Positions 10,926 to 18,977 of a stretch of 40,245 nucleotides of DNA are shown here, one piece after another. Position 1 is the stretch's first letter. Each line of letters begins with the position of its first letter. A model generated the notes under the pieces. The model was not told the origin of the DNA. It did no database searches and was given only the letters and a program-made list of their open reading frames with translations. Origin of the DNA: Dehalococcoidia bacterium (GTDB lineage: Bacteria > Chloroflexota > Dehalococcoidia > UBA2979); NCBI GenBank assembly GCA_030684635.1, contig JAUXUW010000089.1, positions 1 to 40,245 of the forward strand, read 5' to 3'. The translations under genes were made by a program, and so were the position numbers.

Positions 10926-10990
10926 CGTGTTCCTCACCAGGCTCCCCCGCGCCGCCCGGCGAAGGAGTCGCGCGGTGCGGGTGGTGTTTC

Positions 10991-12004
10991 TTACTGGCCT
11001 ACGTCGCGGAGGATCTGGCCCATCAGCGACGCGATGTATCGGACGCGCGGGATGGTGCGCTGGTACGCCATGCGCGTGGGACCAATCACGGCCACCACGC
11101 CCGCGGCGTCCGTGTCCCCGTACCGGGACACCACCACGCTCCAATCCTGCAGTCCGGTGTCCGGGTTCTCCTGGCCGATGATCACGCGGGTGCTGCCCAC
11201 ATGGTCATCCACGGTGGACTCCAGCAGTCCGCGCAGCCGGTACGCCTGGAGCTGCGTCACCGCCTCCAGCATCCGGTCCACGTCCGAGAACTCCGGCTGC
11301 CGGAGCGCCATGTTGAGGCCGTCCAGGAACGTCTCTTCGGCGATCCGCAGTTCTTCGATCGATTCCGCCACCGCCCGCGCCGTCGCCACCTCGTCCGGGT
11401 CTTCGAGGCCCACGAGGCGGTCGCGCACGTTGGCGGCATCCGCACCGGCCAGCAGCCCGTTCAGGCGCGTGGCACGTGCGTTCAACTGGTCCTGCGTCAC
11501 CGGCTGGCGCTGCTGCAGGATGCGCTGGCGCACCCGGCCGTCGTCCATCACGGACACCAGCAGCGCGGTGTCCCGCGACAACTCCACGAGCTGCGCGTGC
11601 CGGAGCCGCGCGGTGGAGGTGCGAGGACGGGTGACGACGGCGACGTTGCCGACCAGCGAGGAGAGGATGGTCGCCGTCAGGCTGAGCCATTCGTCCAGGC
11701 CGCCGGCCACCTGGTGGAGCTGGTGCTCCACGGTGCGCCGCTCGTCCAGGGCAACCGGGGCCTCGGACATGAGGGCTTCAACGTAAAAGCGGTAGCCCAG
11801 GTCGGAGGGGATGCGGCCGGCGGAGGTATACGGGTGGGTGATGTACCCCTCCCGCTCCAGCCGGGCCATCTCGTTCCGGATCGTCGCGCTGGAGATCTCC
11901 AGGCGATGCCGGTCCACCAGGGCGCGCGACGACACCGGTTCGGCGGTCTCGACGTACTCGTCGACCACCATGCCCAGAATCGCGGACTGACGGTCGGTCA
12001 GCAC
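10991..12004 (-). CDS. hrcA: Heat-inducible transcription repressor HrcA
   Basis: LTDRQSAIL..EPVSS..SSATIRNEMARLEREGYITHPYTSAGRIPSDLGYRFYV, IGPTRMAY; CIRCE directly upstream. Confidence 0.97.
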   Translation of the reverse strand: MLTDRQSAILGMVVDEYVETAEPVSSRALVDRHRLEISSATIRNEMARLEREGYITHPYTSAGRIPSDLGYRFYVEALMSEAPVALDERRTVEHQLHQVAGGLDEWLSLTATILSSLVGNVAVVTRPRTSTARLRHAQLVELSRDTALLVSVMDDGRVRQRILQQRQPVTQDQLNARATRLNGLLAGADAANVRDRLVGLEDPDEVATARAVAESIEELRIAEETFLDGLNMALRQPEFSDVDRMLEAVTQLQAYRLRGLLESTVDDHVGSTRVIIGQENPDTGLQDWSVVVSRYGDTDAAGVVAVIGPTRMAYQRTIPRVRYIASLMGQILRDVGQ

Positions 12005-12016
12005 CTCTGTCCTCCA

Positions 12017-12043
12017 TTAGCACTCTCGCCGTGAGAGTGCTAA
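12017..12043. promoter_or_regulatory. CIRCE element (HrcA operator)
   Basis: Perfect TTAGCACTC-N9-GAGTGCTAA, 12 nt upstream of the hrcA GTG. Confidence 0.98.
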
Positions 12044-12054
12044 ATCGCCTCTCG

Positions 12055-12084
12055 ATTGTATTCAGGCTCCCCTCCGGGGGTCAA
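12055..12084 (-). promoter_or_regulatory. Sigma70-type promoter of the hrcA-dnaK operon
   Basis: Minus strand TTGACC (12084-12079), N18, TACAAT (12060-12055), just upstream of the CIRCE. Confidence 0.75.
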
Positions 12085-12168
12085 TCCTGAACCAGTGACT
12101 CCCTATACTCGGGGGCGCGGGCGCGGCCCCACCTTCCCCGGTGGGCATCGCGACGATGGAGGCCGAAG

Positions 12169-12822
12169 ACGTCCCAGCCCGCCCCTCGCCCCCGCCGCAC
12201 CGGCCGCCCGGCCGCCGACCGACCACCTCGTGCCCGCGACGAGCAGGACGAGCGGCTGGCGGAGCGCGCCCTGGAGGACCGCTCCGCCTTCTCCGCGCTC
12301 TACGAGGCCCACGCGACCCGCGTCTACCGCTACCTCCTCGCCCGCACGTCCGACCCGGCAGAGGCGGAGGAGCTGACCTCGCGCGTCTTCCTGAACGCCC
12401 TCGCCAGCCTGGAGCAGTACCGGGGCCGCGGGGCGGGGTTCTCCTCCTGGCTGATGAGCATCGCCCACAACCTGCTGGTGAACTGGTACCGGGACCGCGG
12501 CCGCCGGCCAGCCACGGCGGCGCTGGACGCGGCGATGGAGGTGGCCTCCACCGTGCCCGGGCCAGAGTCCTCCCTGGAGCAGAACGAGGTGATCGCGCAG
12601 GTGCGCGCCGCCATCTCCTCGCTTCCCCCGGAACGCCAGGAACTGATCGCGCTCAAGTACGTGGATGGAAGAACGAACGCCGAGATCGGACGTATGATGG
12701 GCCGGACGGAGGGTGCAGTGAAGGCACTGCACCACCGCACGCTCCGCGAACTGCACGCGCTGCTCGCCGACCTGGCAGAGGACAGCGCCGGACCGGGGAG
12801 CCGCGAGAGGACTCGTCAATGA
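12169..12822 (+). CDS. ECF (sigma-70 family) RNA polymerase sigma factor; start uncertain, probably ACG 12169
   Basis: Extending ORF 12454..12822 upstream in frame gives region 2 (DRSAFSALYEAHATRVYRYL..AEELTSRVFL..FSSWLMSIAHN); region 4 is LPPERQELIALKY..EIGRMMGRTEGAVKALHHR. No ATG/GTG/TTG in frame between stop 12088-12090 and 12454. Confidence 0.88.
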   Translation, partial: TSQPAPRPRRTGRPAADRPPRARDEQDERLAERALEDRSAFSALYEAHATRVYRYLLARTSDPAEAEELTSRVFLNALASLEQYRGRGAGFSSWLMSIAHNLLVNWYRDRGRRPATAALDAAMEVASTVPGPESSLEQNEVIAQVRAAISSLPPERQELIALKYVDGRTNAEIGRMMGRTEGAVKALHHRTLRELHALLADLAEDSAGPGSRERTRQ

Positions 12823-13853
12823 CGCTGGCGGCACGGATCTCTGGCGTCGGTCGCTATGTGCCGGAACGCGTCATGACGAACGAAGAGCTCGAGGCCACGG
12901 TCGAAACCTCCAGCGAGTGGATCGTGGAGCGCACCGGCATCAGCGAGCGGCGCATCGCCGCCCCCCACGAGACCACCAGCAGCATGGGCACGGAGGCGGC
13001 GCGACGCGCCCTGGCCTCCGCCGGGATCACCGGCGCGGAGATCGACCTCGTGATCACCGGGACGTGCACCCCGGACGGGCTGTTCCCGGCGACCGCCTCC
13101 GCGATCCAGAACGCTATCGGCGCTAATCACGCGGGCGCCTTTGACGTGAACGCTGCCTGCGTCGGCTTCCTCTCTGGGCTGGCCACCGGCGCGCAGTTCA
13201 TCGCCACCGGCAGCGCGGAACGCGTGCTGGTGGTGGGCGCCGAGACGCTCTCCCGGATCGTGGACTGGACCGACCGAGGCACCTGCGTGCTATTCGGCGA
13301 TGGCGCCGGCGCGGTGGTCCTGGAGCGTGCGGTGCCCGGCGAACCTGGCTCGATCGACTCGCTCCTGCTGCGCTCGGACGGCAGCCAGGCCGGGCTCCTG
13401 TACTCGCACGGCCCGTGCTCACCGCTGGTCGACGGGCTCCAGCAGGAGGCGAAGATCGTCATGGACGGGCGCGCGGTCTTCCGCCAGGCCGTCACCATGA
13501 TGTGCGACTCCGCGATCGAGGTGATCGCCCGCGCGGGCCTCACCGTGGACGACATCGCCCTCGCCGTGCCGCATCAGGCCAACATGCGCATCATCACCGC
13601 CATGTCCGACCGCCTGGGGCTCCCGATGGACCGGGTCTACGTGAACGTGGACCGCTACGGGAACACCTCCAGCGCCACGATCCCGATCGCACTGGCCGAG
13701 GCGGAAGCGGAAGGCCGGCTGAAGCCGGGCGACCGCGTGCTCTTCGCCTCCTTCGGAGGTGGCCTCTCCTGGGGTGCGATGGTGATCGAGTGGGCCGGCG
13801 TTGGCTCTCGTCGCCTCGTCACCGCCTCGGCCGCCCGCTCCACCGGCGCCTGA
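12819..13853 (+). CDS. fabH: 3-oxoacyl-ACP synthase III
   Basis: WIVERTGISERR, AACVGF (Cys), VLFGDGAGA, PHQAN (His), YGNTSSA (Asn), FGGGLSWG. ATG 12819 overlaps the sigma stop (ATGA). Confidence 0.96.
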   Translation: MTLAARISGVGRYVPERVMTNEELEATVETSSEWIVERTGISERRIAAPHETTSSMGTEAARRALASAGITGAEIDLVITGTCTPDGLFPATASAIQNAIGANHAGAFDVNAACVGFLSGLATGAQFIATGSAERVLVVGAETLSRIVDWTDRGTCVLFGDGAGAVVLERAVPGEPGSIDSLLLRSDGSQAGLLYSHGPCSPLVDGLQQEAKIVMDGRAVFRQAVTMMCDSAIEVIARAGLTVDDIALAVPHQANMRIITAMSDRLGLPMDRVYVNVDRYGNTSSATIPIALAEAEAEGRLKPGDRVLFASFGGGLSWGAMVIEWAGVGSRRLVTASAARSTGA

Positions 13854-13935
13854 CCGCTCCGGCCCAGGGCGCGCGGTGGCCTGAGTCCGGGGCCGTCGGT
13901 ACGATTCCCCTATCCCCTGCATCTCCGGAGGCCTC

Positions 13936-14574
13936 ATGGATCTGACCTGGCTCGGGTACGCCGCAACACGCATGCGCACGCGCACCGCCGCCGTGGTCAT
14001 GGATCCGTACAACAAGAGCATCGGCGGGACGATGGGCCGGCCGGACGCCCACATCATCACCATCAGCCACGACGACCCCATGCGGAACGGCACCGCCGGC
14101 GTGGCGCCGGCGGACGGCGAGCCGATGGTGCTGGTGGGCCCCGGCGAGTACGAGATCCGCGGCGTGCAGATCGAGTCCGTCCGCGGCTGGCTCCGCGGCG
14201 AGGGCGACCCGGCCGCTCTGACCAGCACCCTCTGGTTGTTCGAGGCCGAGCAGATGCGCGTGGCGCACCTGGGCGGACTGGGGACGCCGCTCACCACGGC
14301 CCAACTCGACCTGTTGACCCGCGCCGACATCGTGATCGTGCCAATCGCCCTGCCAGACACGCTCGCGCCGGAGGACGCCGCGAAGGCGGTCCGCGCGATG
14401 GAGCCGTCGATCGTGATCCCGGTCGGCTACGAGCCGTCCGACGAGGCGGCGCTGAAGGCGTTCGTCCGCGCGCTGGGCGGCACCCCGGAGGAGCCGGTCA
14501 GCCGTTTCACCATCAACTCCCGCTCCTTCGATGGCGAGACGCGCCGCATCGTCCTCCTGGAGGCGCGCGCCTAG
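13936..14574 (+). CDS. MBL-fold protein (Lactamase_B_3-like), metal motifs degenerate
   Basis: LTWLGYA, VVMDPY, ADxxTISH, GPGEYEIRGV, AHLG, EPSIVIP pattern; SD GGAGG. Confidence 0.8.
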   Translation: MDLTWLGYAATRMRTRTAAVVMDPYNKSIGGTMGRPDAHIITISHDDPMRNGTAGVAPADGEPMVLVGPGEYEIRGVQIESVRGWLRGEGDPAALTSTLWLFEAEQMRVAHLGGLGTPLTTAQLDLLTRADIVIVPIALPDTLAPEDAAKAVRAMEPSIVIPVGYEPSDEAALKAFVRALGGTPEEPVSRFTINSRSFDGETRRIVLLEARA

Positions 14575-14600
14575 CCGCCCCCGTCGAGTAGTGACCGAAG

Positions 14601-14631
14601 CGAAGAGGCGCCCCACGGGGCGCCTCGTTCG
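14601..14631. terminator. Probable bidirectional terminator hairpin between convergent genes
   Basis: GAGGCGCCC-CACG-GGGCGCCTC flanked by CGAA and TTCG. Confidence 0.65.
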
Positions 14632-14662
14632 TGTCGTGCATGTCGGGCGTGTCGGTCCGCGG

Positions 14663-15763
14663 CTACGGCAGGAAGGTGAGCGGATCCATATGGGAGCCGT
14701 TACGCCTGACCTCGAAGTGCAGGTGCGGACCGGTGGAGCGGCCGGAGTTGCCGCTGAAGCCAACGATGTCGCCGGCGTTCACGAACTGGCCGTTGCCAAC
14801 CGCGAAGTCGGAGAGGTGCGCATAGACGGTCTCATAACCATCGCCGTGGTCAATGATGATGTGGAAGCCGTACGAACAACACGGGTTGCCGCCGGCGAAG
14901 GTGACCTGCCCGGACTTGGCGGCCGCGACCGCACTCCCGGACGACATCGCAAGGTCGATCCCGAGGGGGTGCGACGGCCCAAAAGCGGAGGTCAACAGAC
15001 CACCCGAGGGCCAGACCCAGCCGCTGCCACCGTTCCCGACCGGCGCCACCACCGGGAGTGAGGGCGCCGGCGCCAGCGGCACCTTGCGGCCACCCGGCAC
15101 CAGGATCAGCGAGCCCTCGCGGATGTTGTTCGGGTCGCCGTCCAGGCCGTTCGCGCGGAAGGCGACCACGTCCTGCCAGTCGGCGTCATACCGGGCCGAG
15201 ATCGCGGTCACCGTCTCACCGACACGGACGGAGTGGATGATGCCGTCCACGCTCGGGATCTGCAGTTTCATCCCGAGCTGCAGGAGGTCGTTGTCGCTCA
15301 GCACGTCCACGTTGTTCCAGGTGATGGAGGATGCGGACACGCCGAAGCGGGAAGCGATGCCAGAGATCGTGTCGCCGGCCTGGACCTCGTACTCAAAGAA
15401 GATCGGGATGCGCTCGTTGCTGGTGCCGTTATCGACGCCGCCCGAGGCCTGCGACGAGTTCTCCTGCAGCGCGGCGAGTTGCGCGCGGGCATTCAGGGCG
15501 CGGTTGTCGCCCTGGAGCAGAGCATCCGCCACGGACGGCGGGACCACCACGGTCAGCGGCACGGGGCCGGCGGAGAGTGAGGTGGCGCCGGCGGTGGGGA
15601 CGGAGGCGGCCAGGCCAGGAAGGGTGAAGCGGTCGGCGCGCAGCACCGGTGTGCTGGCGGCCTCGGTCACCGGGACCGGGAAGGCGCCGATACCGACGAT
15701 GAGCAGAAAGAGAGAGGTGAGGACGCCGAAGTGCACGGCGTGGCGGGAGCGCGTCACCGTCAC
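14663..15763 (-). CDS. LysM x2 + M23 peptidoglycan endopeptidase (start may extend to ATC 15835)
   Basis: N-terminal TM, two LysM repeats (YEVQAGDTISGIASRFGV; HSVRVGETVTAISARY), M23 SHPLGID, YAHLS, STGPHLHFEVR. Confidence 0.92.
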   Translation of the reverse strand: MTVTRSRHAVHFGVLTSLFLLIVGIGAFPVPVTEAASTPVLRADRFTLPGLAASVPTAGATSLSAGPVPLTVVVPPSVADALLQGDNRALNARAQLAALQENSSQASGGVDNGTSNERIPIFFEYEVQAGDTISGIASRFGVSASSITWNNVDVLSDNDLLQLGMKLQIPSVDGIIHSVRVGETVTAISARYDADWQDVVAFRANGLDGDPNNIREGSLILVPGGRKVPLAPAPSLPVVAPVGNGGSGWVWPSGGLLTSAFGPSHPLGIDLAMSSGSAVAAAKSGQVTFAGGNPCCSYGFHIIIDHGDGYETVYAHLSDFAVGNGQFVNAGDIVGFSGNSGRSTGPHLHFEVRRNGSHMDPLTFLP

Positions 15764-16010
15764 GCGTGCCGCGCGGGCGCGCAGCAGCGTTCGACTGCGA
15801 CGCGGCGGCCGGGGCGGTTGGATGGTCCCGTTGATGGACGGCTCCCTGAGTTTCCGTACCGATTGACGGCACGGACATCGGCGCAGGACACGCCACGAGC
15901 CGTTGCCCGCGCGCGGATCCTAGCACTCCAGCCCGCCGTCAATGCCCGCTGGGCAAGTCGGCAGGAGTCCCCACCCCGACTGGACAGGAAAAGGTTAACT
16001 AGTGCCCGGG

Positions 16011-16042
16011 AACACAAACAACTCCGATCCACCATCGGAGTC
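16011..16042 (-). terminator. Intrinsic terminator downstream of rho
   Basis: Minus strand GACTCCGAT-GGTGG-ATCGGAGTT followed by GTTTGTGTT. Confidence 0.6.
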
Positions 16043-16120
16043 TAAGAATAACGCACGAATGAGCGACGGCTCCACGGGGTTCTGGGGAGTGCCGCGTCGC
16101 ACTCCGCGCCCTCGGACGCA

Positions 16121-16150
16121 GCGACGCCCGCCGGTGAGGGCGGGCGTCGC
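16121..16150. terminator. GC-rich hairpin in rho 3' region
   Basis: GCGACGCCCGCC-N6-GGCGGGCGTCGC perfect 12-bp stem, no U-tract. A second hairpin GGAGTGC-N6-GCACTCC lies at 16086-16105. Confidence 0.5.
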
Positions 16151-16180
16151 GGTCGACCAAACGAAGCGTCCGGGCGAGGA

Positions 16181-17635
16181 CTAGATGTTGTCGCCCTTGA
16201 GCGTGCCCAGGAACTCCTTGTTGTTCTTGGTCTTGCCCAGGCGCTCCAGCACCCGCTCGGCGGCGTCGCTGCTGTCTTCCTCGATCATGGCGGCCATGCG
16301 GCGGAGCAGCCAGATCGAGCGGAGGTCCTCCTCCGGGAAGAGCAGGTCCTCGCGACGGGTGGAGGAGCCGAGGACGTCGATCGCCGGGTAGACGCGCTTC
16401 TCCGCCAGGCGGCGGGTGAGGCGCAGCTCGAGGTTACCGGTGCCCTTGAACTCCTCGAAGATCACGTCGTCCATGCGCGACCCGGTCTCCACGAGGCAGG
16501 TGGCGATGATCGTGAGCGACCCGCCTTCCTCCGTGTTACGGGCGGCGCCGAAGAAGCGCTTCGGGGGGTAGAGGGCGATCGGGTCCATACCGCCGGAGAG
16601 TGTGCGCCCGGAGGTGGGCATGGCAGTGTTGTAGGCGCGGGCCAGGCGGGTGATGGAGTCCATCAGGATCACCACGTCCGTACCGCCCTCCACCAGGCGC
16701 TTCGCGCGCTCCAGGGCGATCTCCGCGACGCGGGTGTGGTCCTCCACCGGCTCATCGAACGTGCTGGCGATGACCTCGCCACGCACGGACCGCTTCATGT
16801 CCGTGACTTCCTCCGGCCGCTCACCGATGAGCAGGACCATGAGGTGGCTGTCCGGGTGGTTCGCCGCGATGCCGTGGGCGATGGACTTCAGCAGCATCGT
16901 CTTGCCCGCCTTCGGCGGGGAAACAATGAGGCCGCGCTGTCCGCGGCCGATGGGGGCGAAGAGGTCCACCATCCGCTGGGACAACTCGTGCTGGTTGGTC
17001 TCCAGCGGCATCATTCGGTTCGGGAAGATCGGGGTGAGGGCATCGAAGTCCGGGCGGCGCTTCGCCTCTTCCGGGTCAATGCCGTTGACCGCGTCCACGC
17101 GGAGCAGGCCGTAGTACTTCTCAGAGGACTTCGGCTGACGGACCTGGCCGGTCACGTAGTCGCCGGAGCGGAGGCCGAAGCGGCGCACCTGCGACTGGGA
17201 GACGTAGACATCGTTCATGCCGGGGAGCAGGCGGTCGCCGCGGAGGAAGCCGAAGCCGTCGTCCACGAGTTGGAGCACGCCGCCGGAGAAGATCGTCCCG
17301 CGCCGCTCGGCCTGCGCCTCCAGGAGGCGGAAGATCATCTCGTTCTTGGGCAGCCCGCCCGCGTTCTCGACCTCAAGCTCATCCGCCAGCGCGATCAGTT
17401 CGTCGCGGGTGCGGGTCTCGAGGTCCGCGATGCTGAGTGCCGGAATATCCGGGTCGATATCCGGCATCGGCTCCAGTGAGGGGTCTGCCTGGGGAGCGCG
17501 CCCGGAGCGGCTTCCCATGCCCATTCCCATGCCGGAGCCGGTACCAGTACCGGTGCCGCTACCGCGCCGGGATCGGCGGCGTGTCCTCGGAACATCCGAA
17601 GACGCGATCTCGCGTCCACGAGGGGATGAAGTCAT
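16181..17635 (-). CDS. rho: Transcription termination factor Rho with short low-complexity N-terminal extension
   Basis: [73 protein letters not shown]. Start 17635 is a best guess downstream of the predicted promoter. Confidence 0.96.
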   Translation of the reverse strand: MTSSPRGREIASSDVPRTRRRSRRGSGTGTGTGSGMGMGMGSRSGRAPQADPSLEPMPDIDPDIPALSIADLETRTRDELIALADELEVENAGGLPKNEMIFRLLEAQAERRGTIFSGGVLQLVDDGFGFLRGDRLLPGMNDVYVSQSQVRRFGLRSGDYVTGQVRQPKSSEKYYGLLRVDAVNGIDPEEAKRRPDFDALTPIFPNRMMPLETNQHELSQRMVDLFAPIGRGQRGLIVSPPKAGKTMLLKSIAHGIAANHPDSHLMVLLIGERPEEVTDMKRSVRGEVIASTFDEPVEDHTRVAEIALERAKRLVEGGTDVVILMDSITRLARAYNTAMPTSGRTLSGGMDPIALYPPKRFFGAARNTEEGGSLTIIATCLVETGSRMDDVIFEEFKGTGNLELRLTRRLAEKRVYPAIDVLGSSTRREDLLFPEEDLRSIWLLRRMAAMIEEDSSDAAERVLERLGKTKNNKEFLGTLKGDNI

Positions 17636-17729
17636 ATATAGGGCCTGCTCTGTGAGAGAGGTGTCCGGTGCGCGATTGGGTGGCACGGGGACGAATGGGA
17701 GGGGCTTCCACGACCGTGGAGCCGTCTTC

Positions 17730-17759
17730 ATGCTAGACGACGGCACCGCGATTCGACAA
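17730..17759 (-). promoter_or_regulatory. Putative sigma70 promoter of rho
   Basis: TTGTCG (17759-17754), N18, TAGCAT (17735-17730). Confidence 0.55.
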
Positions 17760-17813
17760 GTGGCGATCGGCGGCGCAAGTCCTGACACCGGCGCCGTCCT
17801 GCAATCCGCGCGC

Positions 17814-18461
17814 CTAGACCGGCGCGTACTTCTGGGCATCCTTCAAGAAGATCTCAATTCCTTTATCCGTCAGCGGGTGCTGGATCATCTGGAACAGGAC
17901 CGCCGCGGGAATGGTGGCAATGTGCGCACCGGCCAGCGCCGCCTCCGTCACGTCACGAGGGTTGCGGATGCTGGCGGCCAGCACCTGCGCCGGCAGGTTG
18001 AACGCATCGTAGGTCGCGACGATCTCGCGGATGACCTCCGTCCCGTCGTGGCCAGCATCGTTCAGCCGGCCCACGAAGGGCGAGACGAAGGTGGTGCCGG
18101 CCTTCGCCGCCAGGAGCGCCTGGTTCGCGGAGAAGACCAGCGTGGTGTTGATCTTGATCCCCTCGGCAGACAGGCGCTTCGTCGCCTGCAGGCCCACCTC
18201 GCTCATCGGGATCTTGACGACCACGTTGGGGTGCCAGGCAGCGACGCGGCGCGCCTCCGCGACCAGTTGCTCGAGTTCCATCGAGATGCACTCGGCGGAG
18301 ATGGGGCCGTCTACGACCTCGCAGATCTCCAGGACGCGGGTCTTGTAGTCCACGCCCTCGCGCGCGACCAGCGTAGGGTTGGTCGTCACCCCGTCCACCA
18401 CGCCCAGCGCGGCACCGCGACGGATGTCATCGATGTTCGCGGTATCCAGGAAGATGCGCAC
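17814..18461 (-). CDS. tal: Transaldolase (small FSA/TalC family)
   Basis: IFLDTAN, GVTTNPT, VVKIP (Schiff-base Lys), SAE (Glu) and SPFVGR (Phe): transaldolase rather than F6P-aldolase residues. SD AGGAG before GTG 18461. Confidence 0.92.
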   Translation of the reverse strand: MRIFLDTANIDDIRRGAALGVVDGVTTNPTLVAREGVDYKTRVLEICEVVDGPISAECISMELEQLVAEARRVAAWHPNVVVKIPMSEVGLQATKRLSAEGIKINTTLVFSANQALLAAKAGTTFVSPFVGRLNDAGHDGTEVIREIVATYDAFNLPAQVLAASIRNPRDVTEAALAGAHIATIPAAVLFQMIQHPLTDKGIEIFLKDAQKYAPV

Positions 18462-18509
18462 GAGGGTGCTCCTGCCTCCACCCACCGCCGAGTGCTGGCG
18501 GTGGCGTGA

Positions 18510-18977
18510 CTAGAACGGCTTGAAGATCGCCAGCCAGGCCATGACCGGCACGGTCAGGACGATCACCGTGCCAAAGACCAGCGGGACATTGTCCGCCAGC
18601 GCGTCACGCAACTCGTCCGTGACCTCGCCGTGCTTCTTCGCCGCAAGGGAAAGGATGCGCACGCGCCGGAGCCCGACCCCGAGCAGCGGCACGAAGATGA
18701 ACAGGTCCACCAGCGTCAGCGTCTGCAGCGCCATCAGCCAGCCCGTGGTGATCACGTTCAGTTCCGCCGCCGCCGCCCACGCGTAGCCAGAGAACAGCGT
18801 CGCGATGAAACCGGGGAGCAGGAAGTAGGTCTCGTTCCGCTGCGCCTCCGTGAAGAGCAGCGCCTTCTCCTCGATCACCTGCGTCGCCCACGCCTTCCAG
18901 ACCGGGACGACCACGCTGCCGATCCCCACCATCATCAGGAACAGCGAAAGCGTGTGGATGAACCGCCACGCCGTCAC
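18510..18977 (-). CDS. 4-TM membrane protein (DUF2269-like)
   Basis: Four hydrophobic helices, His in TM1, C-terminal WLAIFKPF; GTGA overlap with the pyrG stop. Confidence 0.75.
   Translation of the reverse strand: MTAWRFIHTLSLFLMMVGIGSVVVPVWKAWATQVIEEKALLFTEAQRNETYFLLPGFIATLFSGYAWAAAAELNVITTGWLMALQTLTLVDLFIFVPLLGVGLRRVRILSLAAKKHGEVTDELRDALADNVPLVFGTVIVLTVPVMAWLAIFKPF

Noticed and set aside
8315-12034. Very long antisense ORFs (e.g. 9632..12034 +, 8315..9574 +; likewise 23967..26348 -)
   Set aside because: Shadow ORFs from high-GC codon bias opposite well-supported genes; no recognisable motifs.
12141-12818. 570-aa ORF suggesting FabH with a 226-aa N-terminal extension
   Set aside because: The extension is an Arg/Pro/Gly-rich off-frame reading of the ECF sigma gene; fabH has its own ATG at 12819 coupled to the sigma stop.
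15920-15928. CIRCE half-site-like CTAGCACTC upstream of the LysM-M23 gene
   Set aside because: No second arm at N9 spacing; better explained as an extended -10 on the minus strand.
15848-16010. Possible c-di-AMP riboswitch ahead of a cell-wall hydrolase
   Set aside because: Context fits, but I could not find the conserved ydaO motifs; an Rfam scan would settle it.
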